Positions 62,395 through 64,000 of a DNA stretch of 64,000 nucleotides are shown here, one piece after another (the first letter of the stretch is position 1; the number at the start of each line of letters is the position of its first letter). Source of the DNA: Porphyridium purpureum (lineage: Eukaryota); NCBI GenBank assembly GCA_008690995.1, contig VRMN01000002.1:806001-870000 (forward strand). Direction: 5' to 3'. Under the pieces are notes generated by a model that saw only the letters and a list, made by a program, of their open reading frames with translations, had not been told where the DNA came from and made no database searches. A program made the position numbers and the translations under genes.

Positions 62395-63402
62395 ATGGCG
62401 TTCATTGTATTTGGCGCGGCGAGCTTGTGCTCTCTCAATCGCCATGCCTCTGTTGCAAGGCATAACGGCGTGCGTGACCATCAGCGCGTCTTGGTGGGCC
62501 GTGGCGCGGCTAGAGGATGCCGCCTGATGACGATGAATGTGCAGCAGGAGAATAGCAGCGTCGAGAAAAAAGCCCAGTCTGTGATTGAGGCCTCGCGTCC
62601 GACTGGTGCGGAGCAGTGTCGCACCATTGCCGCGACGGCTACAAGCGCAGCGCTGGCAACTGTGCATGACCGCAAGGGCGATGAAGACGCAGGAGTGTAT
62701 CCGTTTGCGTCGATGGTGGAGCTTGCTGTAGATGAACAAGGGCGTCCGATTCTGGGTATGTCGACGCTTTCTGCGCATACGCGCGACTTGGCATCAAATC
62801 CGCGTGCGTCTGTGTGTATTATCCAGAAAGGATGGTCAAGCATTCGGGACTCCCGCGTCACGCTTGTTGGTGAGTGCGTCAAACCCGCGGACGCAAAAGA
62901 GCAGGAGGCACTGAAGGTACTGTATCGCGCGAAGCACCCACACGCATTCTGGGTTGACTTTGGCGACTTTAGCATGTTCCGTATGGAGAAAATCGTGGAA
63001 GTGCGGTATGTGGGTGGCATTGGCAGAGCAGGAAGCATTAACGTGGACGCCTACTTGCAAGCGCAGCCAGATCCGCTGATGGATTTCGTAGATCGAATCA
63101 TCGGCCACATGAACAAGGATCATGAAGACGAAATCAAAGCGATTGTCCAGCACTATGCGCCGCTGGAACAGCCAGGTGGGACATTGGTATCCGCCAAAAT
63201 GGCAGCAATGGACAAAAAGGGCATGGACGTGCTGGTCATTGCAGATATCCCGGACGAGGCAAGTGCCGAAGAAGTGAACAAGATGAAGCGCGTCAACTTT
63301 ACCCAACGCCTTGCTTTTCCATTTGAAGCGTCAGATCGTAAGCTTGCCAAGGAAGTACTTGTTGCAATGACCAACGCTGCCGCCGCCGGCGCTGCCACCT
63401 AA
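62395..63402 (+). CDS. Plastid HugZ/HOZ-like split-barrel heme-binding protein with C-terminal DUF2470
   Basis: MAFIV transit peptide; YPFAS..D..GRPI..STLSAHT..L..NPRAS, RVTLVG, HP..FWVDFGDF, YVGG.G and HMNKDH. Confidence 0.85.
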   Translation: MAFIVFGAASLCSLNRHASVARHNGVRDHQRVLVGRGAARGCRLMTMNVQQENSSVEKKAQSVIEASRPTGAEQCRTIAATATSAALATVHDRKGDEDAGVYPFASMVELAVDEQGRPILGMSTLSAHTRDLASNPRASVCIIQKGWSSIRDSRVTLVGECVKPADAKEQEALKVLYRAKHPHAFWVDFGDFSMFRMEKIVEVRYVGGIGRAGSINVDAYLQAQPDPLMDFVDRIIGHMNKDHEDEIKAIVQHYAPLEQPGGTLVSAKMAAMDKKGMDVLVIADIPDEASAEEVNKMKRVNFTQRLAFPFEASDRKLAKEVLVAMTNAAAAGAAT

Positions 63403-63534
63403 ACTTAGTTCCGTTCGCCATCTGCTCGTACGCGCACCTCCAAAGTACCCCTGGGATTGGAAAAAGAGTCTGAGGAAGGTAGAGAACGAATGCCACTTGA
63501 ATAAAGAAGACAAGCGAAAGCGCATGTCACGAGT

Positions 63535-64000
63535 ATGGCGTTCTCGAGCAGTCTGGGTGCCTTCATAGTAGCGCCGCTCGGGCGCCCAGTGCGCACGCAT
63601 GTACCGCGCACGTGCGTAACGCGTAGAGCGCGGCCTCGCACCTCGGCGCGCATGAGTGTCCACGACATTAATTCGCTAGGCGATTACGTGAGCCACATGG
63701 TGTGGATTGCATCGGCGGCGACAATTGCTATCTATGGCTCCAAGGTGACGGAAGAGCAGCGCACGCGACAGGCGAGAAAGGAGCAAGAGCGCATTCTTGC
63801 CGAGGAAGAGAAAACCAGAAAGTGGGAACGTTTGGTGGAGGGAGAAAGCAGGAGTCTGCTCATCGGTGATGACCGGCGCCAGCCTCAGTGGCTCCCGACA
63901 ATCGATGACTTTGCGGACGCCACTGAGCTAATGGAGAAAGAAAGGAAAGAAGCGTCCAAGAAGCAAAACGGAGCGCTGTCATCTGCGGATGCGTATCAAG
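63535..64000 (+). CDS. 5' part of a probable plastid-targeted membrane protein running off the right edge
   Basis: MAFSSSLGAFIVAPLGRPVRT...ARM transit-like leader, then a hydrophobic segment and a charged helix; frame open to the window end. Confidence 0.6.
   Translation, partial: MAFSSSLGAFIVAPLGRPVRTHVPRTCVTRRARPRTSARMSVHDINSLGDYVSHMVWIASAATIAIYGSKVTEEQRTRQARKEQERILAEEEKTRKWERLVEGESRSLLIGDDRRQPQWLPTIDDFADATELMEKERKEASKKQNGALSSADAYQ

Noticed and set aside
1..64000. rRNA, tRNA, snRNA, CRISPR arrays and transposases
   Set aside because: None recognised by eye. Covariance-model searches (Infernal/tRNAscan-SE) would be needed to exclude small RNAs.

Overview
Gene-dense, intron-poor, GC-rich eukaryotic nuclear DNA, most likely from a unicellular red alga (Porphyridium-like). 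This is inferred from 'MAF/MFxF'-type plastid transit peptides, nuclear TatA and TL29 genes, a phosphoglucan dikinase with no transit peptide, and only one clearly supported intron. About 30 protein-coding genes are present, mostly housekeeping: mitochondrial L22, LSm3, DUF155, copine, TatA, PWD, TL29/APX4, NCBP3, PH-AGC kinase, CDPK, BRE1-like, AMMECR1, golgin-84, SUN, PA200, PiT, xylulokinase and HugZ/HOZ. The standout is 25.7-31.4 kb, where a Twinkle/T7-gp4-type organellar primase-helicase appears split into separate co-oriented ORFs: two zinc-binding-domain proteins, a TOPRIM primase and an SF4 helicase. Each has its own mitochondrial-presequence-like N-terminus, and there are traces of duplication and decay. 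Other notable items are a secreted CHRD-repeat/Hint autoprocessing protein, a bacterial-type HNH nuclease with a plastid-like leader, a clustered intergenic GTACAGT motif, a candidate 67-aa membrane microprotein and several enzyme homologues with degenerate active sites. No rRNA, tRNA, CRISPR or transposon was recognised. All family calls come from motif recognition by eye, not from database searches.
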